Shown piece by piece: positions 36,504 through 48,509 of a stretch of DNA of 64,000 nucleotides (position 1 is its first letter; each line of letters opens with the position of its first letter). The notes below the pieces were generated by a model, which was not told the origin of the DNA, ran no database searches, and saw only the letters and a list, made by a program, of their open reading frames with translations. This DNA comes from Lama guanicoe. Its lineage: Eukaryota. A program made the position numbers and the translations under genes. Location of the stretch: contig MU053629.1 of assembly GCA_013239625.1 (NCBI GenBank), positions 2,631,567 to 2,695,566 on the forward strand. The letters run 5' to 3'.

Positions 36504-37767
36504 CTGCAAAGCAGGATCAGCAGACGGTCTGACTTCCCTCCCAAGGGGACTCTGTCAGGAAATCTGACCCTAAGGCTGTTTTTCCTCAGAGAGCAAGGCC
36601 TCTGTTTATGTCATCAATGTCAATGATATTTATATTTCCTGTGATAACTTTTCCAACAGATGGAAGTTAAGAGTCTTGAGGAGGTAGTGTCTCTAGTTTT
36701 CACAAAGATACTGAATGGGCTGGGGTGGCCCTGAGAGGGACTTCTTGGCCGAGCGCTGGGACTTCGCTGCGCTGTCCTAGGATGTGCAGGGGTAGCACCA
36801 TCTTACCCTCCACCAGTGTTGAAACAACCCCGTGCTCCTCCAGAAGGGCCCCCTGGGAAGCCAGGGCCTGGGGCCTCAGTTACATCAAGCCCCCTTCTGC
36901 ACGGTCTTCACCTCTGGCCTGAGGCCTATGTGTGAGAACACGGGCCTGAGACCTCGCCCAGGAGACCCCGTCCAGCCTGAGCTCCTACTAACGACCCGCT
37001 ACAGGGTCAGGCCCTGTGCACTGGCGGAGGCCCAGGAGGGGAGCATGCGCATCCAAGAAGCAGGCAGGCCTGCAGCTGGCTCAGAATTAAGCTGGCTCAG
37101 AATTACCCAGTGTGGGGAGAGAAGTCGGAAAGAGCGCCGACTCTTGGACTCTGCAAACACAGGCATGGGTTTAAACCCCAGCCTTCCACTTATCGGCTGT
37201 GTCGTCCCAAGAAGTTACCTAACCTCTCTGAACCTGGAATAACTTGTCACAATGGAGATTCCTCACAAGTCAGTTGTTAAAGTTCAGTCATGCAGATAAC
37301 TAGCACAGTGTATGACCCGGAGGAACTAAAATAGAAAGTAACACTTAGTGAACATTCACCTGCATTAAGCCCTCTACTTTCATTATCTCATTTAATTCTC
37401 ACAAAAACCCCCAAGAAGATTTGCTAATATTACCCGTGGTCTACATGTGAGAAACCTGAGGCTCAGAAAGCTTCAGAAAACCTGCCTAAGGAACAGAGTA
37501 GAGAGGGCAGGTCCAGGATTGAAACCAAGCAGTCTGACTCCAAAGCCTGCGGTCTTCACCACCATGCCACATAAATAAAGTGGATTGAAAGGAAATCACC
37601 CCAAAACACAGAACACTCATGGGAAGATTATGGTTCTCATGACGCTAATGGGTTATTACGGAGGTGAAGCGTGTGATGTCCAGAGCTCCCGGGGCCCCAG
37701 GCAGGTCCTGGCCTCTCCCAGTGCCCAGGCTGCTGGGACAGAGGGGGTGGGGGCCATGCGAGCTCAC

Positions 37768-38037
37768 CTAGAGGGCAGAGGAAGCGCACAGTGTAATTGG
37801 AGCAGTTCTGGCCCGGCCGCTGCTCCCTGTTGAGGCACCAGAAGCCCTCAAGGGGGCTGCTATGGACCACCTGGCCAGTGCTGCCTGCGGGTGTCCAGCT
37901 GGTGGTCCGAGCCTCTAGCCGCAGGGGCCGAGCGCACACCCGGTCCCCATAGTAGAAGCGAATGGCATCCAGCCGCTCGTAGTCGCCCTGCCCACCTGGG
38001 TGGTCGATGTTGAACCATGTTGTCCACTCCCCAGGAC
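37768..38037 (-). CDS. CILP: CILP exon 4 (270 nt), WxxW / mucin-type Cys-rich domain (PGEWTTWFNIDHPGGQGDYE...NYTVRFLCP)
   Basis: Acceptor CTCAG|GT and donor TAG|GTGAGC; lies within ORF 37637-38152. Confidence 0.97.
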
Positions 38038-38694
38038 CTGAGAGACAGAGCCAGGTAGGAGGGGAGCCAGGCCCTAGAGCCCCAGGGGAGCTCCACCCCG
38101 GGGAGTCATCCCTGAAACCTCTCACCCACCCCTCACTGGTCTCAGGCCCCACTGCATCTCTCTCTCCAGCATCTCTCCAATCTCTTACCTTTCTGCACAG
38201 TCTACTGTCAAAGGCTCTGTTAAAGCTCTCAGCAGCCTGCTGTACCAGGTCAGTAACTTCCTGCCTCGTCTCTCTACCTCCAGCTTCCCCTCACCCCATC
38301 CCCACCCATCTTCGATGCTGCGGTCAGGGTGAGCTTTCTCCTTGTGGATTGGCCCACATCACTCCCGGCTTTAACCCCCTCAGCCAGGCATTCAGATGCT
38401 GGTGCGCCTTCCCCTGCTCTCTCTCCATCCTCACCTCTCCACTCTCTCCCTGTCATTCTGTGCTCTGGCCCCAGCAAGCCCCTACAGCATCCCTGGAATA
38501 TATCAGGCAGCTTCGTGATTCTGAGCTGTCCTAGATACTTGGTCCCTCTGCCTGGACATAGATGTAGGCCAAATGCCTTCTAAAAGTGGGTTTCTGTGGA
38601 ACGCTGACATTGCTCCCTGGCTGCAGAGATTCTCTTAGCAAGCTCAGTAAAGAGCCCCCCTCCTGACCCCTCCCCTCCTTCAGCCACAACTTAC

Positions 38695-38787
38695 TATCCA
38701 GGGGGTCAGCAGGCTTGGCAAAGATGCTGGAGGTCCTCTTCCCAGGCTGGACTCTTCTCACCGACTGAGTGAGCAACATCTGTCTCC
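38695..38787 (-). CDS. CILP: CILP exon 3 (93 nt): (G)RQMLLTQSVRRVQPGKRTSSIFAKPADPLD
   Basis: Acceptor TTCAG|GG and donor ATA|GTAAGT. Confidence 0.96.
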
Positions 38788-39921
38788 CTGAAGGCCAGGA
38801 GGAGAAGTGAGGGGCCAAGACTGTTAGGGTCCTGTTACCAGCCCCTCAAGACGTAAGAAAGCAGTGTGATGTTGAGGGGTGGAGCATAAGCACTGGGCAT
38901 GAGTTCAAATCCTCACTCTGCTACTTAGGGAAGGTAAAGGGACCAGGCATGCGGTGCATGTTCAACAAATGGTGATTCCCTTTTTGCTTTTGTACTAGAA
39001 ATGGCTCATCAGATGTTGCTGGGCAGCCAGTGGGCTGGGGTTCCTATTTCAGGGTCTGGGCCTGTCCTCTTTGGTGGATTGAAACCTTACTTTCCTCATC
39101 TGTAAAATGGAGATATGAATTTCCACCACACAGGCAGCGGTCCAGTTGGCATGAGGATTCCAAGAGATAACACAAGTAAATACCTCTGAAGTATACAAAG
39201 ACAGAGCCCACACTTTCTGACTGTGTGACCCCGGGCCAGATACTTAACTCATATGGCCCCTGTTCCCTCATCATAAAGTGAGGATGATAATAGTTCCACT
39301 CTCAGAGGATTATGGGGATTAAATAAGCTCATTCATAAAATCCACTTAGAACAATGCCTAGCACTCAGTGTTAGCAGTTCCTCTTCGCTCAAGGCTGGAC
39401 AGTAGACGTCCATTTCCCTTCTCCTGGCAAAGTTTGGCTTTGGGAGTCTACCCTCCCCTAAAGGACTCATGTGGCCTAATTGGAGGAGTGGCTCTCAATT
39501 TTCTGACCTCAGGCTGCTGGAGTCTGGCTGAGAATCGGGACAGGGACCTCAGGCCACAGGCAGCTAGCTTCCAGCCCCACTCGACCTATGGCTGGGTTGG
39601 GGGCTCCAAAATGGGAGGGAGAAAAGAGAGCAGAGGGCTGCAAAAGCTTTGAAAGGCAATTAACTCTCACGTGAGGAGCTAGATCAGAATTCTCTATGCT
39701 GCTTAATTGGGGTGATAGGAGCTCTTTTAATCAGACTTATCTGATTTCCCCTCAGACAGCTGAATGTTAATCATCTTCATCACCAGCAGCTGTCAGGGTA
39801 GAAAGAGCAAGGCGGGAGGTGGGCACGCTCAGGGTTTGGCCTGATGCCGAGACAGCCTTTGTTCCTGCATCTGTGGTCACAAAGCCTGCAGTGCGTGCAG
39901 CTTTAAGGGAGGATTTTGAGC

Positions 39922-40030
39922 TTTTTTTTTTTTTTTTTTTTTTTTTNNNNNNNNNNNNNNNNNNNNNNNNNNNNNNNNNNNNNNNNNNNNNNNNNNNNNN
40001 NNNNNNTTTTTTTTTTTTTTTTTTTTTTTT
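39922..40030. other. Poly(T) tract broken by a 60-N assembly gap (39947-40006) in CILP intron 2
   Basis: 25 T, then 60 N, then 24 T. Confidence 0.98.
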
Positions 40031-40663
40031 GCTTTACCTGAATATGCAGTTAGAAATCAGGAAAGGAAGGGGAGATGGGAAAGAGAGGGTGTTTGGGGTA
40101 GTGCTGTGAGCTCTGATGTTTAGACACCTCAGGGAGCCCACCAGGAAAATTCTGTCTACCTGTTCCCTTGAGAACTCAGTGTCACCAGACAACAGAGGTC
40201 AGAGGGCAAGGAGACCAGAAAGGGTTCTAGTGTCTCTGTGAAATTTGGCTACAGGGTCTAAATGAATTTTCATGAAACTGAAACCAGATCAAATCCCAAA
40301 TCTGCTTGTAAAACCGCAGCGATCCCTTGTGACTCCCTTTTGCTTTGGCTATCAGGAAGCTCAGAGCTAAAATTAGCACTCAGGGGCAGCAGTGACCCTC
40401 TTATCTTTTTCCCTCCTTCTCAGTTGTCAGCTTATCCCTCTCCTCATTTAAAAAGCTCTGTTCTGTGACTTTTAATATTGGGAACCATCTCAAATCCTCT
40501 AGGAAAACAAGCAGGGTGTAAATTATGAATAAGTAGACAAACCAGCCTCAGGTCTGAGTGCCACTGCTGTGGCTTAAGGCAGAAGCAGAGCTGGGTCCCA
40601 GACCAGATGTGACTTCAGTATGGAAGCAGGGGATTTGGGAGATAGTAGATACTCAGCCTGTAC

Positions 40664-40724
40664 CCAACACAGAGGTGACCTCCAGGACCAGGAAGAAGGA
40701 GACCCAGGCCTTGGTCCCCACCAT
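40664..40724 (-). CDS. CILP: CILP exon 2 coding part (61 nt), signal peptide MVGTKAWVSFFLVLEVTSVL(G); full exon 40664-40832
   Basis: ATG in strong context (AAG ATG G), donor TGG|GTACAG, acceptor TTTCTTTGCAG|G at 40832. Confidence 0.95.
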
Positions 40725-42267
40725 CTTTCCCCCAGGTCCCATGGGGAAGGTGGCAAGAGATGAGCGAGGGTTCCTTCAGAGCTCGGTTGTCCCTGGAATG
40801 TGGTCCCCTGAGAAGTTTCTCAGATCAATGACCTGCAAAGAAACAAAGCTCATTAGGTTCCACATCCAATAGGGCTTGAGCAGAACTATTTCTTGACCTA
40901 TCAAGGGTGAAGGGGACAGAATGAAGTCTTGTGAGAGGTGACACCTGCCCAAGTTGCAAATCTGGGCAGCTTGGGAGATGCAGAGTCAGAATCTGAGTTC
41001 AAATGAAGCAGACCTGGATTCAAATCCTGGGTCCAGGTGCCAGGGCCCCACATCGAGGTGGGACTTACAGGGGAGTAGGAGTGAGGAGGTTCCTTGCCAA
41101 TGAGGAGGGGCCTGGGCTCACCCCCAGCAGCCAAGGACTTCCCAGACCTGGGCCTGGGGGCATGACTTACTGCCCTTTGGTGGGATTCACGCTGTTACAC
41201 AACAGGGCTACATATTAAGCTGTGCAACCCCCGCCCGAACAGCAGCGGCCCCTCACAAGGCAGGCAGGATGGAGGGTGCAGATGTTTCAGACACACCACC
41301 TCCATGAACACATTCCCAGATGTGCACAGGCTGCAGCTGGAACACATTTCTGGCCTGTTTGTTTGGGGCTTGGCTGGGAGTTACACAGCCAGGAGCCTGT
41401 TAGGGAGAGCAGGGGGCGTGCACTGGGAGAGGCCAGGGCCCCCCAGTAACTGCTGAGCACGGGCTGGGGGCTGCAGGAGCAGGGAGAGGCAATAGAGCAA
41501 GGACCCACAGGGAGTGGTCCAGGCTCCTGCTCAGTGTTCTCTCTCCCCAGAGCTCTGGCCAACCCAGAATCTGACCAGTTCCCGGGGATTCGAAAGTGGT
41601 TTCCTTCAACCTCCAAAGTCCAGGGTGTGGTGGGAAAAGGGAGATCCCTCCTTTCTGGAAGAAAGATTCAAAAGCACTTAGCTGTCCCAAGGGAACAGAG
41701 CAATCCCACCCTGCAGACCATTCAGCTCTAAGCCCACTAATTCCGTCACCACCTGTTTCTCAGCCAAGGGGACAGAGCGCCAGGGTCCCCGAGGTCTCCA
41801 GCCCTTGCGTATCCTACCCCAGGCTCCCGGGCTCTGAGCAGAGCTGCAGGCTCCGCGGACATGCACAGCATTCAGTCCGGGACCCACCCGGGACTGTCTG
41901 GGAGGCCAAGGTGGCTGAGGCACCTTATGGAAAAACCATTTCCCATCTGGCAGCCCAGTGAAGTTTCCTCAGCATATGCTCTGCTGGTGAGACTCCCCAT
42001 CCCATGGACCTCAGAGCTCTCGGACAAAGACGACTGGCTGACCGCAGGAAAAAAGCACAGCGCCCAGAGGTACAGAGCCCCTGCCTGGGACCATCTGAGG
42101 GTCCCTGACCCCAGGTGGAGGAGGGAGAAGACTGTGGGCCAAAGAGGGAAAAGAGAGAACTCCTGAGCAGGAAGGGGAAGATGCGGGGTGATCAGGGGAG
42201 GGCAGGAAGAGCTGAGCCGGGCAGTGGGGTGCAGGGATGGGCTGAGGAGAGCAGGAGTGGGGCTCAC

Positions 42268-42315
42268 CGTGTCCTGAGCGGGACTCTTCAGCTGGGGGGT
42301 CCACGTCTTCCTCTC
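42268..42315 (-). other. CILP: CILP non-coding exon 1 (transcription start approximate)
   Basis: Donor ACG|GTGAGC at 42268, with a TATA box about 25-30 nt upstream of the inferred start. Confidence 0.75.
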
Positions 42316-42338
42316 TCCAGCAGTCCGGCCACCGGGCC

Positions 42339-42345
42339 TTATATA
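42339..42345 (-). promoter_or_regulatory. CILP: CILP TATA box (TATATAA)
   Basis: CTATATAAGG on minus in GC-rich surroundings, correctly spaced from a short exon with a consensus donor. Confidence 0.8.
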
Positions 42346-43739
42346 GCACAGCTGGTGGCTCAGCCCGTGGCAGCGCGCCACGGGAAGCAGCAGTGAAACC
42401 AGATCTGAGCCTGAGGAAGCTCGGCCTCCCACTCCCCTCCCCACATCCCCTGTAGCCTCCAGAGGTCTGGATCTCACTTGCAGATCCTCAGGGGGAGATG
42501 CCGCAGGGCCTGGGGAGGGGCCAGGTGGGCAGCTGCCTGGGGCTTCAATTGCCAGAGCAGAGGGATGGGTGGGGAGGCGGGGTGGGCGCTGGGAGCAGCC
42601 CTGGGAAGGGGCCGAGGGGAATTCTACATCTGGGCAGCATTTCAGGGCTCAGGGGGTGGTATGCTCTTGCCTAAGCTTTGCTTGCTGATCCCCTGCATTC
42701 CCCTGGCCCTGGCCCGCCCATGCAGAGGAAAAATTTTGCTGGCCTTAGCACATACCCCAGACTCTCTTAGGCACACAGGTCACCTGGCCTCTCAGCTGGG
42801 AGTGCCTGATCTGAGTTGGGCAACGCCTTAGCTTCTCTGGCCGCTGAGGGAACACTCAGGGAACGTCCGAAGGGACAAGGGACAGAGGAATGAGGGGCAG
42901 AGGATGAGAACAGTTCTTCCCTACCCCTTCCTACTTCCATTTGGGTACCTGCCTGTACCCACTGGACCCCAGAGGAGCCCTTGCATGTGGATTCTCTGCG
43001 GTCCTGCCAGATGCTCATACATATGCACGTGTGAGCGTGTCTGACTTCAGGTATGGGCACCCACCAGCAATGGACGGCAGCCCTGCCCATCGGTGGTGCA
43101 AGCAGCTGCCTGTCTTTCCAGACTTCTCCCTCCTCCCTCCCAGCGTGAGTCCGCCTGCCGTCATAGGCAACAGCTCTGTAATTTCAGCATGCATTAGAAT
43201 CCTCTGGAGGGCTTGTTAAACCAGACGCTGGGCCCCGCACCCAGACTTTCTAGTTCAGCAGGTCTGAGGTGAGGCCCAAGACCTTGCATTTCTAATAGGC
43301 TCCCAGGTGATTCTGAGGGGGCTGGTTCATGGACCACACAAGGAGATAGTCCCAGCTGGAGGCAGAAGATGAGGAGAGAGTGAACTAGGGAGACAGCAGA
43401 AGTTGTCAAGGTCTGCCTCACGTCCCAGGCTCACATGGCCCAGGCTGGGCCTTCTGCCTCATGCCCGGGCCTGGAGGCAGAGGCCTGGCCCTCGTGGCCC
43501 TCCGCACCAGTGTCAGCTCACTCTTTCCACACACCTCCATTGAGCTCCCAGAACGGGCAGGCTCTAGGCTGGATACTGAGATGCCAGTGGGAGGTGACAT
43601 GTCCATGCTTTCAGAGGAAATAGTCTTGGATGGAAGTGCAGACCCTCATCCAGAGAGCTGTATGTGCTTGCGTGTGTCCGTGCTTTTCTCTGTATGTATA
43701 CGCCTGTGTGTATGCTGTCCGTTTCTTTCTCTTTGTGTG

Positions 43740-43742
<3 letters not shown>

Positions 43743-43770
<28 letters not shown>
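43743..43770. repeat. (GT)14 microsatellite about 1.4 kb upstream of the CILP start site
   Basis: Read directly; preceded by degenerate GT-rich sequence from ~43660. Confidence 0.95.
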
Positions 43771-43773
<3 letters not shown>

Positions 43774-46135
43774 CAAGGGTTGAGGAGCTCTGTTTCTCTG
43801 AGCGTCACCCTGGACAGGAGCTGATGGGGGACAGGTGGATGGATAGAGGAAAGATGCTGCGCGGTGACAGCCCTTAAGCAGATGTGGGGCACAGAGCTGG
43901 TCTGCTTTTTCTCCTGGAGCCTGGTCTCCTTCCTGGCCCCCAGCTCTTGGCCATAGGTCCTGTAGCTAGACCCAGTCTGGTTCGTGTATTGTCAGAGCCA
44001 AGCCATGAAGCAGCTCCAGCCATAGTTTTGAAGGCAAAGTCTGAACTGAGTGAAGCCCATAAGAACTCTGCCGGTCCAAGGACAGACAGGCAGGAAGACA
44101 GACAGACAGAGGCTGAGCCACAATAGCCTGTTCAAAGGACAGGCAAAAAACAGGATCTTGGGAGTCAAAAGCATAGTCCTGGTTCTGTTGCTGACTCTGA
44201 TGTGTGATCTTAGACATGTAACAACCCAAGTGACCCTGGACATCAGTGTCCCCACCTGTGCAACAGGAGTTTGGACTGAGCGAGCTCCCAGGCCCCCACC
44301 AGCTCTTGCAAGGTTTGGTAAGATGCTGACAACAAACACTGCAGGGAGGAGAGAAAGGAAAGAATGACAGCTCCAAAAAGTCCTGCTGCCAGAGATCAGG
44401 AGGCAGGCCAGGGAAGCCACGTGCCCACCGAGGCTGGCTAAGGAGAACCAGGTAGACAGGAGAGGAAAGTGGGTGCAGGTAAACCATAGGATCAGAGGTC
44501 AAGGTCAGGGTGATCTGCTCTTTTCCAAGGCCTCCTCTCCATGGAACAGCAGGGTGTGTGAAAGAGGCCTCCCCAGCCCCCCAGTTGCACCCCTCTCTTC
44601 TCCTGTGTGGGAGACAGGGAAGCCTATGTGGGGAGAGCTTGGTAAAGAAGAGCCCTTCAGGCCACGATTCCTTCCTGGGTCTCCTCACCCAGAACTCACA
44701 CTGAGGCCCCCACTTACCCAGCCCCAAATGGCCAGAGGGTATTGTCATGGTTGGCACAGGGCTGATTAAGCGTAAGCTAGAATCCCTGTGTGCTGATTGT
44801 GACCCAGCCATCGGTGCCCCACTTCCTCATCTCCTCCCATCTCCCCCCATCAAAGAATCCCTTCCTGTCCCCAGGTGGGACTGAGCTGTAAGCCGCGCAG
44901 GGCTGGAATCTGAGCCCACTCCCATCCCCTGCTCTCAGGACTCCTTTGAGGGAGAGGCTGCTGCTCTCTGCAGCCAGGATCTTAGGATAGTCAGGACTTG
45001 GGAGGTGGCCAGAGATCTGGACTGTCCAGGGCCTGGCCTAGATGGGTCAGCCTCAGCCATGAGTGGCCATCTGGGGCTTCTGCAGGCCAGGCTAGTCTGC
45101 AGCAGCTCCAAACCCCTGCCTGGAACACACTGGAAACCCATCAATCACCCCCACCCCTATCCAGGGAATCGAGGGGCTTGGAGCCCAGTTTAGCCAGGCC
45201 ATCTGTGACCCAAGCCTATGGCCAGGGGTCCCCACCCTGCTGAGGGAACAGAAGCTTGGGAATACTGGGAGGGGTCTGACCTAATGCTAGTGGCTCCAGA
45301 GGAAGGTGTTCTGTCTCTCTCTCTCTGACCACTCTCCCATGCTCCCATCATCGCCCCCCTGTGGCCACAGGGGCCTTTGCAGGCCTCGGGAGGGACAGGC
45401 CATGGATGATTCCTGGAGACTGGAGGACTTAAGTGCAGCTTTGAGTGACCCTCAGGGGCTGCTGACCTAGTGCGTATGGGAGCCTAGAGACCCAGAGTTT
45501 CCAGCAGTGGGAGAGCTTATTCTCTGACCTTGTCGCTCTCCTCCCTGTCCCAGATACAGTCTGTCACTTTTCCAACTCAATGCTTTTATAGTTTTATTCT
45601 TCAGCTGCCCATGTTGAAACACAGCCCTGCCTCCCCACCTGTGTGAATGTCCCCATCTTTCAATGCTCCATCTCGGTCTCCTCCTTCCTACCCTCTCTGA
45701 CCACCCAGGCCCACCTCGACTATTCCTTCTCAGATCTCAGATGACAATGTTCAGTCCTATGTGGAGAGCGTGCTGTCATTTACAAAGCACATTCATGGTC
45801 ATCTCATCCTCAGCCTCACAGCTGATCTGCGAGGCTGGGATGATCATGCCCATTTTACAGAGGAAAAAACCGAGGCTCAGAAAGGTGAAGTCACTCAGAC
45901 ACAGCAAGCCTTCAACTCAGAGTTGCCCCCTGGGAATCTGTGATCTAGTACAGACCTTGTCATGGGGCACCCTCAGCTCAGAGGACCCACTGTGGATATC
46001 CCTCTCCAATCATATGCTCTTCAGTGAGAACATGCTAGAACACTCTGGCTTTGCCTGCCTGGCACACACATCCTGCTTCCTATATACACATTAATTTCAA
46101 AAATGTCCCCATCTAACATAATCCAGCTGTCATAC

Positions 46136-46490
46136 TGTGGTGGATTAAATATGGCCAGAAATTCTTTGCAGCTCTCCCTACACTGGAGAGGCCTGGTGTA
46201 GGTGTTCTGGTGAGGCGTCTCAGCTGAGCCCAGCCTTCCAGCCCTCACCACCAAGGCACCAATCATGGGAGTGTAGCTGTATTGGACCCTCCGGACCAAA
46301 CCATCTCATCTACCAAATGAGTGCCACTGAGTGGTCTCAAATCAAGGTTATAAAAAGTAGAATTGTCCAGTCAAGCCTTAAATGAAATCCTGACCTACAG
46401 AATTCAGGGGATATGATAAAAAATGATTAACGTTTAAGCCACTAAGATTTGAGGTAGTTTGTTACACAGCAACAGCAGCTGGAACAGACA
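46136..46490 (+). mobile_element. MaLR MLT1-type LTR (internally deleted)
   Basis: tgtggtggattaaatatggcc...tttaagccactaagatttgaggtagtttgttacacagcaa...aca. Confidence 0.7.
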
Positions 46491-46957
46491 CTGATCCCAT
46501 GTAGTATCTTTCAGAAGCTCCAGACCCCCTTCCAGCAAATCTTGAATATCCAATGGAAAAAGCTTGTCTCTTCCCTCATTGTTCCAGGAAAGGTCCTGGG
46601 AAGGGCTCTCACTGGCCTATTCCTGACCCCGTCCCTGTAACCGTGGGGATGGAAAGCTCTGATTGGCCCATTTCTGAAGCTAGGTGTAAGTCATCCCACT
46701 GGGATCAGATGGACTGATTTCTCCCAGAGGAAAATTGTGGTGCTGTCACCAGAAGCAGGAAGAATGGATGCTAGGAAGCAAAAAATGCCATGTACCCACT
46801 AAAAATACAACCACGAACATAAGTACCCCTTTCCTAGTAGGAGTCATGCCGAAATGTCTAACTACTAACCTTGATACCACCCGTTGAGTTTTGATGTCAA
46901 GACCACTTTAATAGCTATCAACCTCAGCATTCACCCTCCCTTTGCTTTTTTATACAT

Positions 46958-47104
46958 TAATTTTTAAATTTATTTATTTCATTTTGGAGGGGAGGTAATT
47001 AGGTTTATTTATTTATTTATTTTTAGAGGAGGTACTGGGGATTGAACCCAGGACCTCATGCATGCTAAGCATGTGCTCTACCACTAGAGCTATACCCTCC
47101 CCCC
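46958..47104 (-). mobile_element. tRNA-derived SINE (vic-1-like, long form)
   Basis: Reverse complement reads GGGGGAGGGTATAGCTCTAGTGGTAGAGCACATGCTTAGCATGCATGAGGTCCTGGGTTCAATCCCCAGTACCTCC, then (TAAA)n and CCTAATTACCTCCCC. Confidence 0.9.
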
Positions 47105-48509
47105 GACCCCACTTTGTTCTGTTGCAAACTCACCATGTATGACTCCCCCTTACCTCGTAACCACATCAACACATCCCCGAAGAGGTGAGCAAAACTGAAC
47201 AACTTTAATAACAACTGCAGCTTAGAAAACAGAAGAAAGAGAAAGAAAACTTCGGAACTATGCATGCCACACTGGTTGCTGCACACACTGTCGCCTGCAG
47301 GTCAGCACCCGCGCTTGTAAGGGTGTGCTTACTCCGCCCAGGTTGTAGGTGGGAGCAGATTCCCCGAGAATGGGCCATGGTCTGGCGGATACCCCAAAAC
47401 ATATCCAGTACAGCCCTCCACCTCGTGTAATATGCTCACTGTGCTCATCACAGCATGCTCCAAAAGCTTAAAAAAAGAGGCCACCTCACTGTCCCTATGG
47501 TGTACTCAGCATGGTCACAGCCTGTGTTCACCTGCGGCATCTCTAGTGTTCACCTTGCTTACCACAATGTGCTCACACACCCAGAAGCCCCAGTGTTTTC
47601 CCCACTGACGGGGGGATTCCTGCTATGTTGCCACGCTGTTCCCCCAGCTTGTCATGCCACACTCGAAGTCATCATAGTGCCTTCACCACACTGCCATAGT
47701 TTGCTCCCACCCAGGGACATTGCAGTGTTTACTACACACACCAGTGACACTATTCCATATGTGGACATCATGGTGTCCCAACGGTGCCTCCCTGTGTTTC
47801 TCAGCAACACCCACATTCATGATTTTGTATAGGATTAGGGGGTGAGCACGTACCAGGGAGTGTTCACACTCCCCTCCTTGACTAGTCACACTCAGTATGG
47901 TGTGTTCACCCTTGCTGTTCAGCAAGCTTGCCCCAGTGCATCTACCAGACTCTGCCGCTTGCTGCGGGTGACCCGAGGACTCTTTTCATGGTTCCCCTGA
48001 GAGGCCCCAGGTGGCTCTGGGTGTGGTGTGGCTTCAGCTCTGACCAAGATGCTGGCAGCCCAGAAGAGCCTGCGGCAGTGATGGGGGCAGCCACTCTGGC
48101 CGCATGTCCCCGGGACATGTGGCTGTTTAATGGGCTAGTGCTGTGGAAAACTGAGTGTGAGGAGCCTCCCTCTATCCAAGCAGAATCTTTCAATCACACG
48201 ACGCCTGAGCTGCAAGGATTTCGGACTCCAGATGGCCAGGGTGAGCAGGCAGGGAATGGGAAACAGACATTAGAAAGGCCTTGGTGAGCAGGCTTAGCCA
48301 GACAGGCTGGGATGGAGTGAAAGAGACAGACATAGGCCGCAGAGACCATTCTTAGTGGGTTGACTTTTTGCCCCCAGAAGCAAAGCGGTGTTCAGGGTGG
48401 CTGAACTGGGGCATTTCTTCCCCCCCAGGAGACCAAGAGCTTTCAGGACAGAATGTTGGTCAGTGACAGGGAAGGCGAAGAAAGGGAAGAAGGAATTTGA
48501 ATCCCACAA

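Noticed and set aside
43966..44811. 281-aa minus-strand ORF upstream of CILP (and a 201-aa ORF at 41872-42477)
   Set aside because: No recognisable domain; the first crosses a MIR-like relic, and such lengths occur by chance in GC-rich DNA.
47025..47104. tRNA gene calls for the tRNA-like sequences
   Set aside because: Multiple diverged copies with A-rich tails and TSDs mark them as SINEs, not functional tRNAs.
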